Shown: one piece after another, positions 18,990 to 28,123 of the stretch
Layout of the letters: each line of letters begins with the position of its first letter
How positions within the stretch are numbered: the first letter of the stretch is position 1
Origin: Candidatus Babeliales bacterium
GTDB taxonomy: Bacteria; Babelota; Babeliae; Babelales; JACPOV01
DNA: 64,000 nt
NCBI GenBank assembly: GCA_050250855.1
Contig: JBFWNW010000002.1
Coordinates: forward strand, 210,719-274,718
Direction: 5' to 3'
Position numbers and translations under genes: made by a program
The notes under the pieces: model-generated
The model's database searches: none
The model's input: only the letters and a program-made list of their open reading frames with translations
Told to the model about the DNA's origin: nothing

Positions 18990-19538
18990 TTATTTACCTG
19001 CTTTGATGATAGGTCTTGAAAGAAGTTCTTTTGCAGCTTCACTTAAATTTGTGTCTTTAGATTTTGAAGCTTTAATTAAATAAGATTTTAAATTATTAGT
19101 ATAGTTATACATATCAGTTACTAATTTTTCTATAGGTGTTGTTGGATTTTGTATTTTTATTTCCTGATATAATCTTAAAGGATTGCTTCCTATATTAACT
19201 ATAGCTATTCCTAGAGCTCTATCTTTTCTTGGCAAATTTCTTGCAATTTCTTGAGCCTTTTCTAGAAAATCTTTTGTTTTTACAGCTAGTCGATAGGTGC
19301 CCTTTGTTAGTCCAGTATCATATTGCTGTCCTTGAGTTGGCTGCATAGGCTGTTGAACGGGTCTAGTAGGTTGCATAGGCTGTTGAACTGGCTGCATAGG
19401 TTGCTGAACGGGTCTAGTAGGCTGCATAGGCTGTTGAACTGGCTGAGTAGTAGGTTTTTTTCTGCCTCTGAGTTCTTGAAAAGAAAAAGTATAAGCGGGC
19501 ATTCCTAAAAAAATAAGTACAAGCAGATGGCGTTTCAT
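18990..19538 (-). CDS. Secreted hypothetical protein with Pro/Gln tandem repeat
   Basis: Signal peptide; 2x QPVQQPMQPTRPVQQPM. Confidence 0.75.
   Translation of the reverse strand: MKRHLLVLIFLGMPAYTFSFQELRGRKKPTTQPVQQPMQPTRPVQQPMQPVQQPMQPTRPVQQPMQPTQGQQYDTGLTKGTYRLAVKTKDFLEKAQEIARNLPRKDRALGIAIVNIGSNPLRLYQEIKIQNPTTPIEKLVTDMYNYTNNLKSYLIKASKSKDTNLSEAAKELLSRPIIKAGK
19336..19445 (-). repeat. Coding tandem repeat, 51 bp period (4x PVQQPMQ subunits)
   Basis: tgcataggctgttgaac and variants recur four times. Confidence 0.85.
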
Positions 19539-19571
19539 AATTATGTCTCCCTCTTTTTTAATTAACTGTGT

Positions 19572-19606
19572 AAAAAAAGCTATGGTTTTTAGCCATAGCT
19601 TTTTTT
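19572..19606 (-). terminator. Rho-independent terminator
   Basis: aaaaaaagctatgg-ttttta-gccatagcttttttt. Confidence 0.8.
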
Positions 19607-19630
19607 ACTAATTACTATTTAGTTAATCTA

Positions 19631-21190
19631 TCATAGTGATAGTATGAATTTACCCCAAACAGTGTAGCGGCTTACCGCACCTTTATCTGAAGAGATTTCA
19701 TAAGAACCACCAACGTTCAATGCAACTGGGTAGCACCAGTTATCCCAGCGCCAGCCAAGTGAACCGTAGATAGTATTAGTTACTGCGCATGGAGATGCTG
19801 CAGTTTCTAAATCTAAATCTTCAGCTTGGATTGCTGCAGCTGTACGATAGGGATGAGCCACACCAGTAAAAATTTCTTTAATAGTTATTGCACGGTTTAA
19901 ATTGTTATCAGCAGTACCATCGTTATTTATGTTTGCAAATGCTGGTCCAACTTCCCAAGGTCTGTCAAGTTTGATATGTTCACTTGCTTTTGCCCAGAAG
20001 TTCCAACCAATCTCACCTTGGAAGCGGCAGTGTGTATAGACAAACGCTGTGTTAATATCTTTTTGGAAGCGAGGGTTTACTTGAACTTTACGAGTGAAGA
20101 AGTTAATACCATTAGTCACTGCTAGAGAAGCTGTATCAGCTGCCGATGGATATACTAATTGGTAACGGCTCCATGGTTTACCTTTTACGTCAAATGAACG
20201 TCTTTGAGTATTTTTGAAAAGGTAACGACCATTTGTTGCCATTTCAAAGTGCAAGTAGCGATCGCAACCGCTCCACACTTCCCAACCCCAGTAGCCGCCA
20301 TACATGATGCCGCCATGGAAGTTGTTACCAACTATTGGTTCAAATACGTACTCACCTTTAGGTTTGTTACCCGTTGGAATCAAGCCACCGATATAACCTT
20401 CTGCATGGCACATATCTTCACAAAGGTAATCATAACCAATTTTTACTTCGATATCAGCTGCACGGAATTTAGAATGTGAGCCTTTAATTTTGCCATATTT
20501 CCACTCAGAACCAGTTACAACAAGTTGACCACCGATAGCGTTAACTTGACCCTTAAGACCTTTGAACGCTTCTACCATGCTTGTATTTACAAGATCGCTG
20601 CCGTTTATTGGATCAAATGTTCTTGTAGAAGTTTCTTTTAAGTTTACCGAGTTTTTAACCCACTCAAGAGGCGTGGAGATTTGGAACCACCATTTTTTCT
20701 CGCACGCATCACGGCGATGCATATATTGTTTGTAGTCAAGACCAACACCCGCAAAGCTTTGGCGAGGGCGGAATTGAATAGTGCTAACAAAATCATTATC
20801 TTGTGTGAAGATATTGAAGTTATTAGCATTAACATCGCGCAAGTTAGGATTGTAATTAGGAGCGAAAGGCTCAAGAGCCCCATTGAAAGCATCGCCTTCA
20901 GCTACAACTAACTCAGATTTGTTGCAGAACATGAAATACTTAGCAAGATCCTTAGCATTTCGCGTTTGGCCACCAAAAGGCACGATTTGGAACGCACCGC
21001 TTATACCGCAATCACGCGCAAGCGCAGCGTCACGCCAAAAGCCACTTACCTTTTCAGGCATAGCAGTTTGGAATGGAGGGCGAACCCATAGGAACGTATG
21101 GGAATTGTTAGGACCGTCACCGGTACCATCAGCTCGTGCAGCACCTACTGCACAGAAAAGAAGAAGAGAAACTTTAAGATGTTTTCTCAT
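19631..21190 (-). CDS. Secreted, Cys-containing probable outer-membrane beta-barrel protein
   Basis: AGGAG RBS; signal peptide; alternating aromatic/Gly strands; ends ...RYTVWGKFILSL. Confidence 0.6.
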   Translation of the reverse strand: MRKHLKVSLLLFCAVGAARADGTGDGPNNSHTFLWVRPPFQTAMPEKVSGFWRDAALARDCGISGAFQIVPFGGQTRNAKDLAKYFMFCNKSELVVAEGDAFNGALEPFAPNYNPNLRDVNANNFNIFTQDNDFVSTIQFRPRQSFAGVGLDYKQYMHRRDACEKKWWFQISTPLEWVKNSVNLKETSTRTFDPINGSDLVNTSMVEAFKGLKGQVNAIGGQLVVTGSEWKYGKIKGSHSKFRAADIEVKIGYDYLCEDMCHAEGYIGGLIPTGNKPKGEYVFEPIVGNNFHGGIMYGGYWGWEVWSGCDRYLHFEMATNGRYLFKNTQRRSFDVKGKPWSRYQLVYPSAADTASLAVTNGINFFTRKVQVNPRFQKDINTAFVYTHCRFQGEIGWNFWAKASEHIKLDRPWEVGPAFANINNDGTADNNLNRAITIKEIFTGVAHPYRTAAAIQAEDLDLETAASPCAVTNTIYGSLGWRWDNWCYPVALNVGGSYEISSDKGAVSRYTVWGKFILSL

Positions 21191-21575
21191 GGTCACTCCT
21201 TTTTTGGAAGTGTTATACATTACTAGACACTCCGGACACTAATTAAATTTCTACCAATTTTTTTATAGATTAGTCAATCTTTTTATAATTTTTTTTTAAT
21301 TTTTCTTCATCACGCCATACGTACCTCCTTCATCATGTAACAGTGGATCGCTATTTTGCTACAATCATTCGGGGTAATTTTTTAAACCCATGCAAGAATG
21401 ATTTTTATTCTCTACTGATCTTCCCCTATGTTGTATCATCATATGGAAAGAAAAGTCAACTATTTTTAAAAAATAATGTAAAAGTTTTTTACGAATGTGA
21501 TAAGCTATATGTAAATTTTTTATGGAAGTTGCTGCTGTTTTTGTCGATGAGGACATAATTTTAAAGGCCCTAATT

Positions 21576-22826
21576 ATGCTTAATAAAGTCAGAGGAACTC
21601 AAGATTTTCTCAACCTTGCTCTATTCAATTTTATTATTAATACCACGCGCGCATACCTTGAGTGCCATCATTTTTCAGAGATTGCAACACCTATTTTAGA
21701 ACACACCGATCTTTTTAAGCGGTCTTTAGGTTTGCATACTGATGTTGTCACCAAGCAGATGTTTACCATAGCAACGGCAGATGAAGGGGAAAGCATTTGT
21801 TTGCGGCCAGAGGCAACAGCTTCAACGATGCGTGCATTTGTAGAAAATCATATTCTGGAAAGACCATGGAAAGTTTTTTCCTGGGGGCCTATGTTTCGGT
21901 ACGAACGGCCGCAAAAAGGGCGTTTTAGACAGTTTCATCAAATTAATCTAGAAATGATCGATGCCGCATCCATACAGTATGATGCTTATTTAATTATGCT
22001 GCTGGATCGTTTATTTTCTCAAACCTTTTTGCTTGAAAATTATGCATTAATGATTAATTTTCTTGGTTGCAGTGCTGATCGCCAAGCATTTAAGAAAATT
22101 TTAGATACCTTTTTAGCCTCAGTTGTTACGCATTTGTGTGCTACATGCAAAGAGCGTAAAGAAAAAAATGCTATGCGTGTTTTTGATTGTAAAAATGAAC
22201 AATGCCAAGAACAGTACCGCAAAGCACCGCATATGACCGATCATTTATGTTCGGGCTGTAAGCAAGAATGGCAAACAGTGCAAGACAGTTTACAAATGCT
22301 TTCCGTTACCTTTAGCCATGCGCCAAGTTTAGTTCGTGGCCTTGATTATTACAATAAAACAGTCTTTGAATTTGTCAGCACAGATTTGGGTGCGCAATCT
22401 GCTTTTTGTGGCGGTGGGCGCTATGATCATTTACTTACGTATATGGGCGGCAAAAAAGATTATCCTGCTATTGGCGCTTCTATTGGTGTTGAGCGTTTGA
22501 TGTTATTGCTCGAACCATTGCAAGACAAACTACCTTTGCCACAGCACAAGAGTTTACATTGTATACTGCCACTGGAGCCTGAGCAACAAACATTAGCGTT
22601 GTTCTTGGCAGATGAACTTTTTGCGCAGGGGTTATGCGTTGATGTTTTTCTTGATAATGATTCACTCAAAAGTATGATGCGCAAAGCAAATAAGCTTGGT
22701 GCGCAGTATGTACTTATTGTTGGCCCCGATGAGCAGGCAAAAGGGGAGGTTGTTGTTAAAAATATGCAGACCGGTGCAGAAGAACGTATTAAGCAAACGG
22801 ATGTTGCTGCTTATTTAAAGAAATAA
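21576..22826 (+). CDS. hisS: Histidine--tRNA ligase
   Basis: RGTQD, LRPEATA, FRYERPQKGRFRQFHQ, LVRGLDYY, GGGRYD. Confidence 0.97.
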   Translation: MLNKVRGTQDFLNLALFNFIINTTRAYLECHHFSEIATPILEHTDLFKRSLGLHTDVVTKQMFTIATADEGESICLRPEATASTMRAFVENHILERPWKVFSWGPMFRYERPQKGRFRQFHQINLEMIDAASIQYDAYLIMLLDRLFSQTFLLENYALMINFLGCSADRQAFKKILDTFLASVVTHLCATCKERKEKNAMRVFDCKNEQCQEQYRKAPHMTDHLCSGCKQEWQTVQDSLQMLSVTFSHAPSLVRGLDYYNKTVFEFVSTDLGAQSAFCGGGRYDHLLTYMGGKKDYPAIGASIGVERLMLLLEPLQDKLPLPQHKSLHCILPLEPEQQTLALFLADELFAQGLCVDVFLDNDSLKSMMRKANKLGAQYVLIVGPDEQAKGEVVVKNMQTGAEERIKQTDVAAYLKK

Positions 22827-22858
22827 AAAAGAGCCGGAAAATCTCCGGCCCTTTTTTT
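22825..22858. terminator. Bidirectional terminator between convergent genes
   Basis: aaaaaagagccgga-aaatc-tccggccctttttt. Confidence 0.75.
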
Positions 22859-22875
22859 AAAATATGAGATAAGCT

Positions 22876-24144
22876 CTATTGATTTAAAAGAGATTTATAC
22901 ATATTTTTTCTTGCTATTTTTTCAGTAAGGTGCTTATGCCACTCTGGGTCATTCTCTTCTTGTAGTTTCATTTTTTCTTCCCAAGTAAGAGCAGCTTGTA
23001 CCTTCATATCTTGAGTATTTGTATAGCCAGCCAAAGCTTTTTTGGTTTCTTCCAGCGTAACAAGAGAAGAAGGAGTGGTAGTTTTATTTTCTTCTTTTTC
23101 TTTATTCATAAGATATGCATATGCAGAAGGTTCTTCATGCTCTACTTGTTTTTCAACCTGTTGAGTAGAAACATAAATTCCTTTTTCTTCTTGCATTACT
23201 GGCTTTTTCCACCATTGGTAAGTCTTATAAAGACCATAACCAATAAGAGGTGTAGCAACAGCAGCTGCCACTGCATAAGGATGGCATGAAACAAAATTCA
23301 ATGCAGGAGTAGAAAGCTTAGTTGCTAATGCTGAAGCATTATTCCATGAAGCATTCTGCCACAGGTATGTTAACCCTGTTTTAGCGCTTGCTAGATTTTG
23401 TTTTAAGTTAATGCAACGAGCTAAAGAGTCTGGATTGTGTCTGCTAGCCCAAGTAAGTAATGATCCATAAGCCAAAGCAGTTGTTGTTACAACAGTATTT
23501 TCATTTTTACAAAAAGTAAGAATGCCATCTTTAACGCTGATTATGCCGTTTTTAACAACATCAGCAGCTTTTTTGATGTGGCCATTATTGTATACACAAT
23601 ATTCTACAACGCCCGCTGCAACAGCTACTGCTACAACGCCTGTCAAATAAGGGTGTTCTTGAATAGCTTCTAAAGAAAGCTTAACAATTTCATAACCCTT
23701 GTTTTTGAAGTTTGAAGTTATAGTATTAACTTGTTGGTTTGATGTAGATTGCTCAGTTGTAGTTTCAACAACATGTCCCAACTGATGTTCAGTTGAACCT
23801 GCGATGAATTCTGGCTCTATAGCTTGTGTAGTTGCTTCAGGTTTAACTTCACCAAAAGAAAACCAGTTAGATAGTTTTTTAGGCAAAGAAACTGAAGCTT
23901 GAGCTGTTTTTGCAGGTACCGCAGTATAACTCCAATTAGATTTTTTTGGAGTTTCAGCTGGTATAACAAATTTTGTACCAAAGTGTTTCTCTTGGTCCAT
24001 TTTGTACTGCTCAGCGGCCTGTGCCTTTAGATTTTCTAAATACTGAGAGAAAGTTCCTACCGGTGCATAATTAGGTTTTGCGCAGATAGGGCCCATTGCT
24101 AACGCAGCAACGGCTATAAGTGAAAAATAACGAATAGTATTCAT
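22876..24144 (-). CDS. Signal-peptide membrane protein with repeated hydrophobic segments
   Basis: First 18 aa identical to 24183..24584; HPY...YGLYKTYQW segment. Confidence 0.75.
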   Translation of the reverse strand: MNTIRYFSLIAVAALAMGPICAKPNYAPVGTFSQYLENLKAQAAEQYKMDQEKHFGTKFVIPAETPKKSNWSYTAVPAKTAQASVSLPKKLSNWFSFGEVKPEATTQAIEPEFIAGSTEHQLGHVVETTTEQSTSNQQVNTITSNFKNKGYEIVKLSLEAIQEHPYLTGVVAVAVAAGVVEYCVYNNGHIKKAADVVKNGIISVKDGILTFCKNENTVVTTTALAYGSLLTWASRHNPDSLARCINLKQNLASAKTGLTYLWQNASWNNASALATKLSTPALNFVSCHPYAVAAAVATPLIGYGLYKTYQWWKKPVMQEEKGIYVSTQQVEKQVEHEEPSAYAYLMNKEKEENKTTTPSSLVTLEETKKALAGYTNTQDMKVQAALTWEEKMKLQEENDPEWHKHLTEKIARKNMYKSLLNQ

Positions 24145-24146
24145 AA
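24090..24146 (-). repeat. 57 bp identical direct repeat (signal-peptide coding); second copy 24530-24586
   Basis: ggcccattgctaacgcagcaacggctataagtgaaaaataacgaatagtattcataa occurs twice. Confidence 0.92.
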
Positions 24147-24182
24147 GAATACACCTCCATGTTAAAAGATTCGTTTATCTAT

Positions 24183-24584
24183 TTATTTTCCGTTTTTACA
24201 ATATTGGTAAACTTTATAAAGACCATAAAAAATAACAGGAGTAGCAATTGCAGCTGCTGTTATGTAAGGATTATTCTTTATAAATTCTGGTGTCCAGCTA
24301 GAAGCAGTAGAATATACCGTTTCTTTACTCGGCAAAATACTGTTAAAGTAGTTATATCCCGGCACCATTTTTAAATAGTTCAGCTGTTTTTCAGTTGAAT
24401 CTATAGCCAATTGTGATTGTGCAGTTGATTCAGGTTGAATTTGACTGAGTGGTTTTATTCGTATATTAAAACGACTTCCATCATCATTAATAAATGTAGG
24501 ATATCTGGGCTCAGGAACAGCAAAAGATTGGCCCATTGCTAACGCAGCAACGGCTATAAGTGAAAAATAACGAATAGTATTCAT
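24183..24584 (-). CDS. Small paralog of 22876..24144 (signal peptide + C-terminal TM anchor)
   Basis: NPYITAAAIATPVIFYGLYKVYQY. Confidence 0.75.
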   Translation of the reverse strand: MNTIRYFSLIAVAALAMGQSFAVPEPRYPTFINDDGSRFNIRIKPLSQIQPESTAQSQLAIDSTEKQLNYLKMVPGYNYFNSILPSKETVYSTASSWTPEFIKNNPYITAAAIATPVIFYGLYKVYQYCKNGK

Positions 24585-24732
24585 AATTATACCTCCATAG
24601 ATTTACTTACTTCTATCCCTATTTATAACCATTTTATAGGGTAGATAGTACTCTCATTTAATTCCAGGTTCTCATATAAAAAAGGCTTTGTCAAAGGGGT
24701 TTGCATGTTTTTTATTCTAATATGCATTAAAA

Positions 24733-25410
24733 TCATTGCTTTTTAATCTGGCCTTCAGGTTTGGGTTTAAAAAGCTGATTCAAAAATTGTTGTTCTTGTA
24801 TCTCTTGAGTTAGTTTTAAGAGCTTTCTTTGTAAGCTCAAATTATCTGCATAAATATTTAGTTCTTCTTGTAATGAATTTTTTTCATCTAAATTTTCTTG
24901 AGAATGCTCTCTGTCACTTTCTGTTTTTTCTTGTGAATTTGCAGAAGAATAGCTTTGAGAAGATTCCTCTCCTCTCTGTGCTTCAGGCCTTTTTTCATTT
25001 TTTTTCTTAGCAAACCATGCTTTAAAGGTAGTTAGAATGCAATCTTTATAGGTATACAAGCCATAGCACAATAATCCTATACCAGTAATAACTACAGCAG
25101 TAATCACTATAGGTTTAGAGAAAAAAAATTCAGGGTGTTCTTGTAGATCTTTGTCTAGTTCTGGGAGTGCGACATCAATACAATTTTTTTGTTCTAGTGA
25201 TTGTTCTACCTGGGCGCTAACTGTTTGAACGGCGGGGGTAAAGCTTTCTACAGCAAAAGAAGGGGTATTATTAAAATCTTTAACTACAGCTTGTTCTCTG
25301 TTTTGGAAGGCAAAAAGACCCACAGACCAGTAGCCAGCAGTCATATCAGCCCAAAGAGGTTGTGCGGATAGAGAAACAGATAAAAATAGTAATATATAAC
25401 GTATATTCAT
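24733..25410 (-). CDS. Signal-peptide membrane protein with acidic/coiled C-terminus
   Basis: GGAG RBS before ATG 25410; TM KPIVITAVVITGIGLLCYGLYTY. Confidence 0.7.
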   Translation of the reverse strand: MNIRYILLFLSVSLSAQPLWADMTAGYWSVGLFAFQNREQAVVKDFNNTPSFAVESFTPAVQTVSAQVEQSLEQKNCIDVALPELDKDLQEHPEFFFSKPIVITAVVITGIGLLCYGLYTYKDCILTTFKAWFAKKKNEKRPEAQRGEESSQSYSSANSQEKTESDREHSQENLDEKNSLQEELNIYADNLSLQRKLLKLTQEIQEQQFLNQLFKPKPEGQIKKQ

Positions 25411-25448
25411 AATAACACTCCATTTAATGTTCATATTTCTATTATGCA

Positions 25449-26102
25449 TTAATGGAGGAATAGTGCAAGTGGCTTAGCCAAAAATGACTGTAGCACGTAA
25501 AAAAGGGGGATTAGGGCTATAATTGAATCAAAACGATCTAGAAGGCCGCCATGGCCAGGTAGAAGGGTGCCCGCATCTTTGCGCTGAGCACAGCGTTTGA
25601 GCCACGATTCAAAGAGGTCGCCTCCTGTGGCCACGAGCGCAATCAGGATGCTCAGAGCAGCAAAATAAGCATTTGATAGAGCCCAAGGCTTGAATGCAAG
25701 AAGTACTATAAAAACAGCTATAAGCCCCCCTAAAAACCCTTCCCAGGTTTTTTTAGGGCTTAAAGAAGGAGCAAGAAGGTGCTTACCTATTAAATTTCCA
25801 ACCAGGTAGGCAGCAGTATCATGGCAAAAAGCTATAACAAAAAGAAGCTGTACCAGCTTGATATTTTGGTAGGCCATATAAGCAAGGAGCGCAAAGGGGA
25901 CGCCAAGGTAGCAGGTTGCAAGAATAAGGTAATTTTGTGCTGAACGTGAAAGCTGCGGCAATTCTGTGCAAAGGATAAGAAAAAGAATCGTAGCCAAAAG
26001 AGTATAAAAAATCCAAAAAGGAAGAAAAAAGAGTGATGCCAAAATGATGAAAGAAAAGAGAAGGCCTGTAATGCTCCGTGTTAAAAATTCTTGAAAGTTC
26101 AT
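25449..26102 (-). CDS. cdsA: Phosphatidate cytidylyltransferase
   Basis: DTAAY, SPKKTWEG, GDLFESWLKR, KDAG..LPGHGGLLDRFDS. Confidence 0.95.
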   Translation of the reverse strand: MNFQEFLTRSITGLLFSFIILASLFFLPFWIFYTLLATILFLILCTELPQLSRSAQNYLILATCYLGVPFALLAYMAYQNIKLVQLLFVIAFCHDTAAYLVGNLIGKHLLAPSLSPKKTWEGFLGGLIAVFIVLLAFKPWALSNAYFAALSILIALVATGGDLFESWLKRCAQRKDAGTLLPGHGGLLDRFDSIIALIPLFYVLQSFLAKPLALFLH

Positions 26103-26140
26103 AAGTTAACTTTTTTGTATTTCTATAAATTTTTAGTTAT

Positions 26141-26244
26141 TCCGTTCGCCCTGACCCCTCGTCAGCTTTGCAGCCGCTCGGGACTAAAGGCAATTCGAGG
26201 GGAGCATGCCCTGAGCTTGTCGAATGGGTCGAAGGGTGCGAACG
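26141..26244. repeat. REP-like unit with nested inserts, downstream flank of the GIY-YIG gene
   Basis: tccgttcgccctga[...]gtcgaagggtgcgaac is the inverted counterpart of 26537-26570. Confidence 0.85.
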
Positions 26245-26255
26245 ATTTATAATAT

Positions 26256-26531
26256 TTATTTGTTGCTTAACTCTATTATTTTAGTCCAATTGCCATTAAT
26301 TAAAGCGTTTTTCTTTTCTCGTGACCATTCTTTAATTTTTTGTTCAGCAATTAGTGCATCAACTCTTTCCTCAAATTTTTCTAAAAATACTAATTCTATA
26401 GGGAGGCGAGTTGATGTATAGCTTGCATATTTTTTATCATTATGTTCAGCTAATCTCTTTTCAATATTATCTGTATGCCCAGTATAATATGAGTTGTCTG
26501 AACATTTTAGTATATAAACATAAAAATTCAT
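26256..26531 (-). CDS. Small stand-alone GIY-YIG nuclease (UPF0213/SLX1-like)
   Basis: FYVYILKC-SDNSYYTGHT..IEKRLAEHN..YT..RLP..A..AE.KIK.WSREKK.ALI. Confidence 0.92.
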   Translation of the reverse strand: MNFYVYILKCSDNSYYTGHTDNIEKRLAEHNDKKYASYTSTRLPIELVFLEKFEERVDALIAEQKIKEWSREKKNALINGNWTKIIELSNK

Positions 26532-26536
26532 TATGA

Positions 26537-26630
26537 GTTCGTATCCTTCGACAAGCTCAGGACGAATGGAGTGAAGTGCTGAGCGAAGCGTTTACTACTG
26601 AGTATTAATCGAAGTATCAGGATGAACGGA
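26537..26630. repeat. REP-like units, upstream flank of the GIY-YIG gene
   Basis: gttcgtatccttcgacaagctcaggacgaatgga, then tactgagtattaatcgaagta and tcaggatgaacgga. Confidence 0.85.
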
Positions 26631-26636
26631 GAATAA

Positions 26637-26996
26637 TTAACCATACCTCTCCTGCTTAGTGAATGCATTAGGAATATACTGTAATGAATTTTCATTAACT
26701 GCTCCCTGAATGAGCGCAACATCAAAACGGAAGACTTTATTGGTAAGCTGCTTTGAGGCTATATAATGCTGTGCTGCTTTAATTATTTTTTTTTGTTTTC
26801 CATAAGTAATAACTTCAGAAAGATTATACTGATGTGTTGTGCGGGTTTTGACTTCTACAAAGATGACAAGATCTTCTTTCTTTGCAATAATATCAACTTC
26901 ACCATAGAATTTTTTATAGTTGCGTTCAAGAATGGTAAAGCCTTGTTTTTGTATAAACTGAGCAACCAGACTTTCTCCCTGTGTTCCTAAGTTCAT
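26637..26996 (-). CDS. yraN: YraN family (UPF0102) putative endonuclease
   Basis: G..GE, ILERNY, GEVDIIA, FVEVKTR, RFDV. Confidence 0.92.
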   Translation of the reverse strand: MNLGTQGESLVAQFIQKQGFTILERNYKKFYGEVDIIAKKEDLVIFVEVKTRTTHQYNLSEVITYGKQKKIIKAAQHYIASKQLTNKVFRFDVALIQGAVNENSLQYIPNAFTKQERYG

Positions 26997-26997
26997 A

Positions 26998-27990
26998 TTA
27001 AATCCAAGCTCGAATGCCTTTTTTAGGTTTCATTTCTGCAAGCAAGGTAGAAGGCTTGTAATCAGGAAAGCGCTCAGTAAGTTCATCAAGCTTTTTAGCA
27101 ACAATTTTATCTTTACCTTGTTTTTGTGCAACCAAACCTTCGAGCTCAAGAAGCTTAGGCTCAATATCTTTCATAATAGGCAAGAATTCTTCTTTTATTG
27201 CTTCAAGACGTGTTTGCGCGGCAACAAAACGGTGCAAATTAATATATTGATTAAAAATATCCATTTCATAATCATAGAGATCTTTAAAGCATTGATCGCG
27301 CATAGAAGCAACATCATCGACGTGTTTTTTATCAATATCAGATCTGTTTAAATAGAGGTTTGCAAAGGTAATAGTTTTGCGCGTTTTACTTTGATCGTGC
27401 GGTGGACGTAAGCGTGCATAGAAGCGGCATAAAATGCCCTTATATTCAGCATAATCCCGTTGTTCACCAATAAGCCCTTTGTTGCCGCCAGGATAAAATT
27501 CTACATACTTTTGATAAAGCTTGCTTGCTTTTTTATATTCGGCTTTGTCAAAGTAAAGATCAGCTTGTTCAAGATGCAAGAGGCGTTGTAGCTCTTCATT
27601 AGTATTGAGCACAATCATGCGCTCAAGGTAGGTTATGGCCAGATCTTTATTGCCAACCGATTTTGAATAGTCTTTTACTTTTATTAATTCATCAAGAGTT
27701 AAATCGCGGGTATTCTTTTTAAGAAGAGCTTCAATCTCAGCATCTTTGACAATAACAGGTTTTTTAGGGACGATTATTTTTTTAGGGACAAAGAGCTTAG
27801 GGTAACGAGGCTTTACTTTGCGGTTAAACTTGGTAGGTATTCTGAGCTCTTTTTTAACTTTATAACGAAAGGTTTTTGTGCTCGGTTCAGCAACAGGAGT
27901 GTCATCTGTTTTAATGTATGAACAAAATGATGCAAGTATGATTGATAGGGTAATATAAATACAGTAACGAACTATTTTCATGGTACGCAC
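26998..27990 (-). CDS. bamD: Outer membrane assembly factor BamD-like TPR protein
   Basis: ADLYF..EY.KA...Y...YPG, DQSKTRK (cf. DQ..T..A), TPR helices. Confidence 0.7.
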   Translation of the reverse strand: MRTMKIVRYCIYITLSIILASFCSYIKTDDTPVAEPSTKTFRYKVKKELRIPTKFNRKVKPRYPKLFVPKKIIVPKKPVIVKDAEIEALLKKNTRDLTLDELIKVKDYSKSVGNKDLAITYLERMIVLNTNEELQRLLHLEQADLYFDKAEYKKASKLYQKYVEFYPGGNKGLIGEQRDYAEYKGILCRFYARLRPPHDQSKTRKTITFANLYLNRSDIDKKHVDDVASMRDQCFKDLYDYEMDIFNQYINLHRFVAAQTRLEAIKEEFLPIMKDIEPKLLELEGLVAQKQGKDKIVAKKLDELTERFPDYKPSTLLAEMKPKKGIRAWI

Positions 27991-28123
27991 ATTTTCTTTT
28001 TAGTAGTAAGATGCTACATTATGAGTAAAAATTATTTTTCAAAATAGCATATCTTGTGCTCATTAGCAAATCATTCTGGACTCTAGAGCATAAGAACGGT
28101 ATGGTAAAGGGGAGGAGATTTTT

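Noticed and set aside
22060..22270. Cys-rich insert in HisS
   Set aside because: CxxC...C...C segments occur in many bacterial HisRS; not unusual.
26141..26630. Integron cassette (attC) interpretation of the GIY-YIG flanks
   Set aside because: The flanks are inverted relative to each other, lack clear RYYYAAC/GTTRRRY ends, and no integrase is present.
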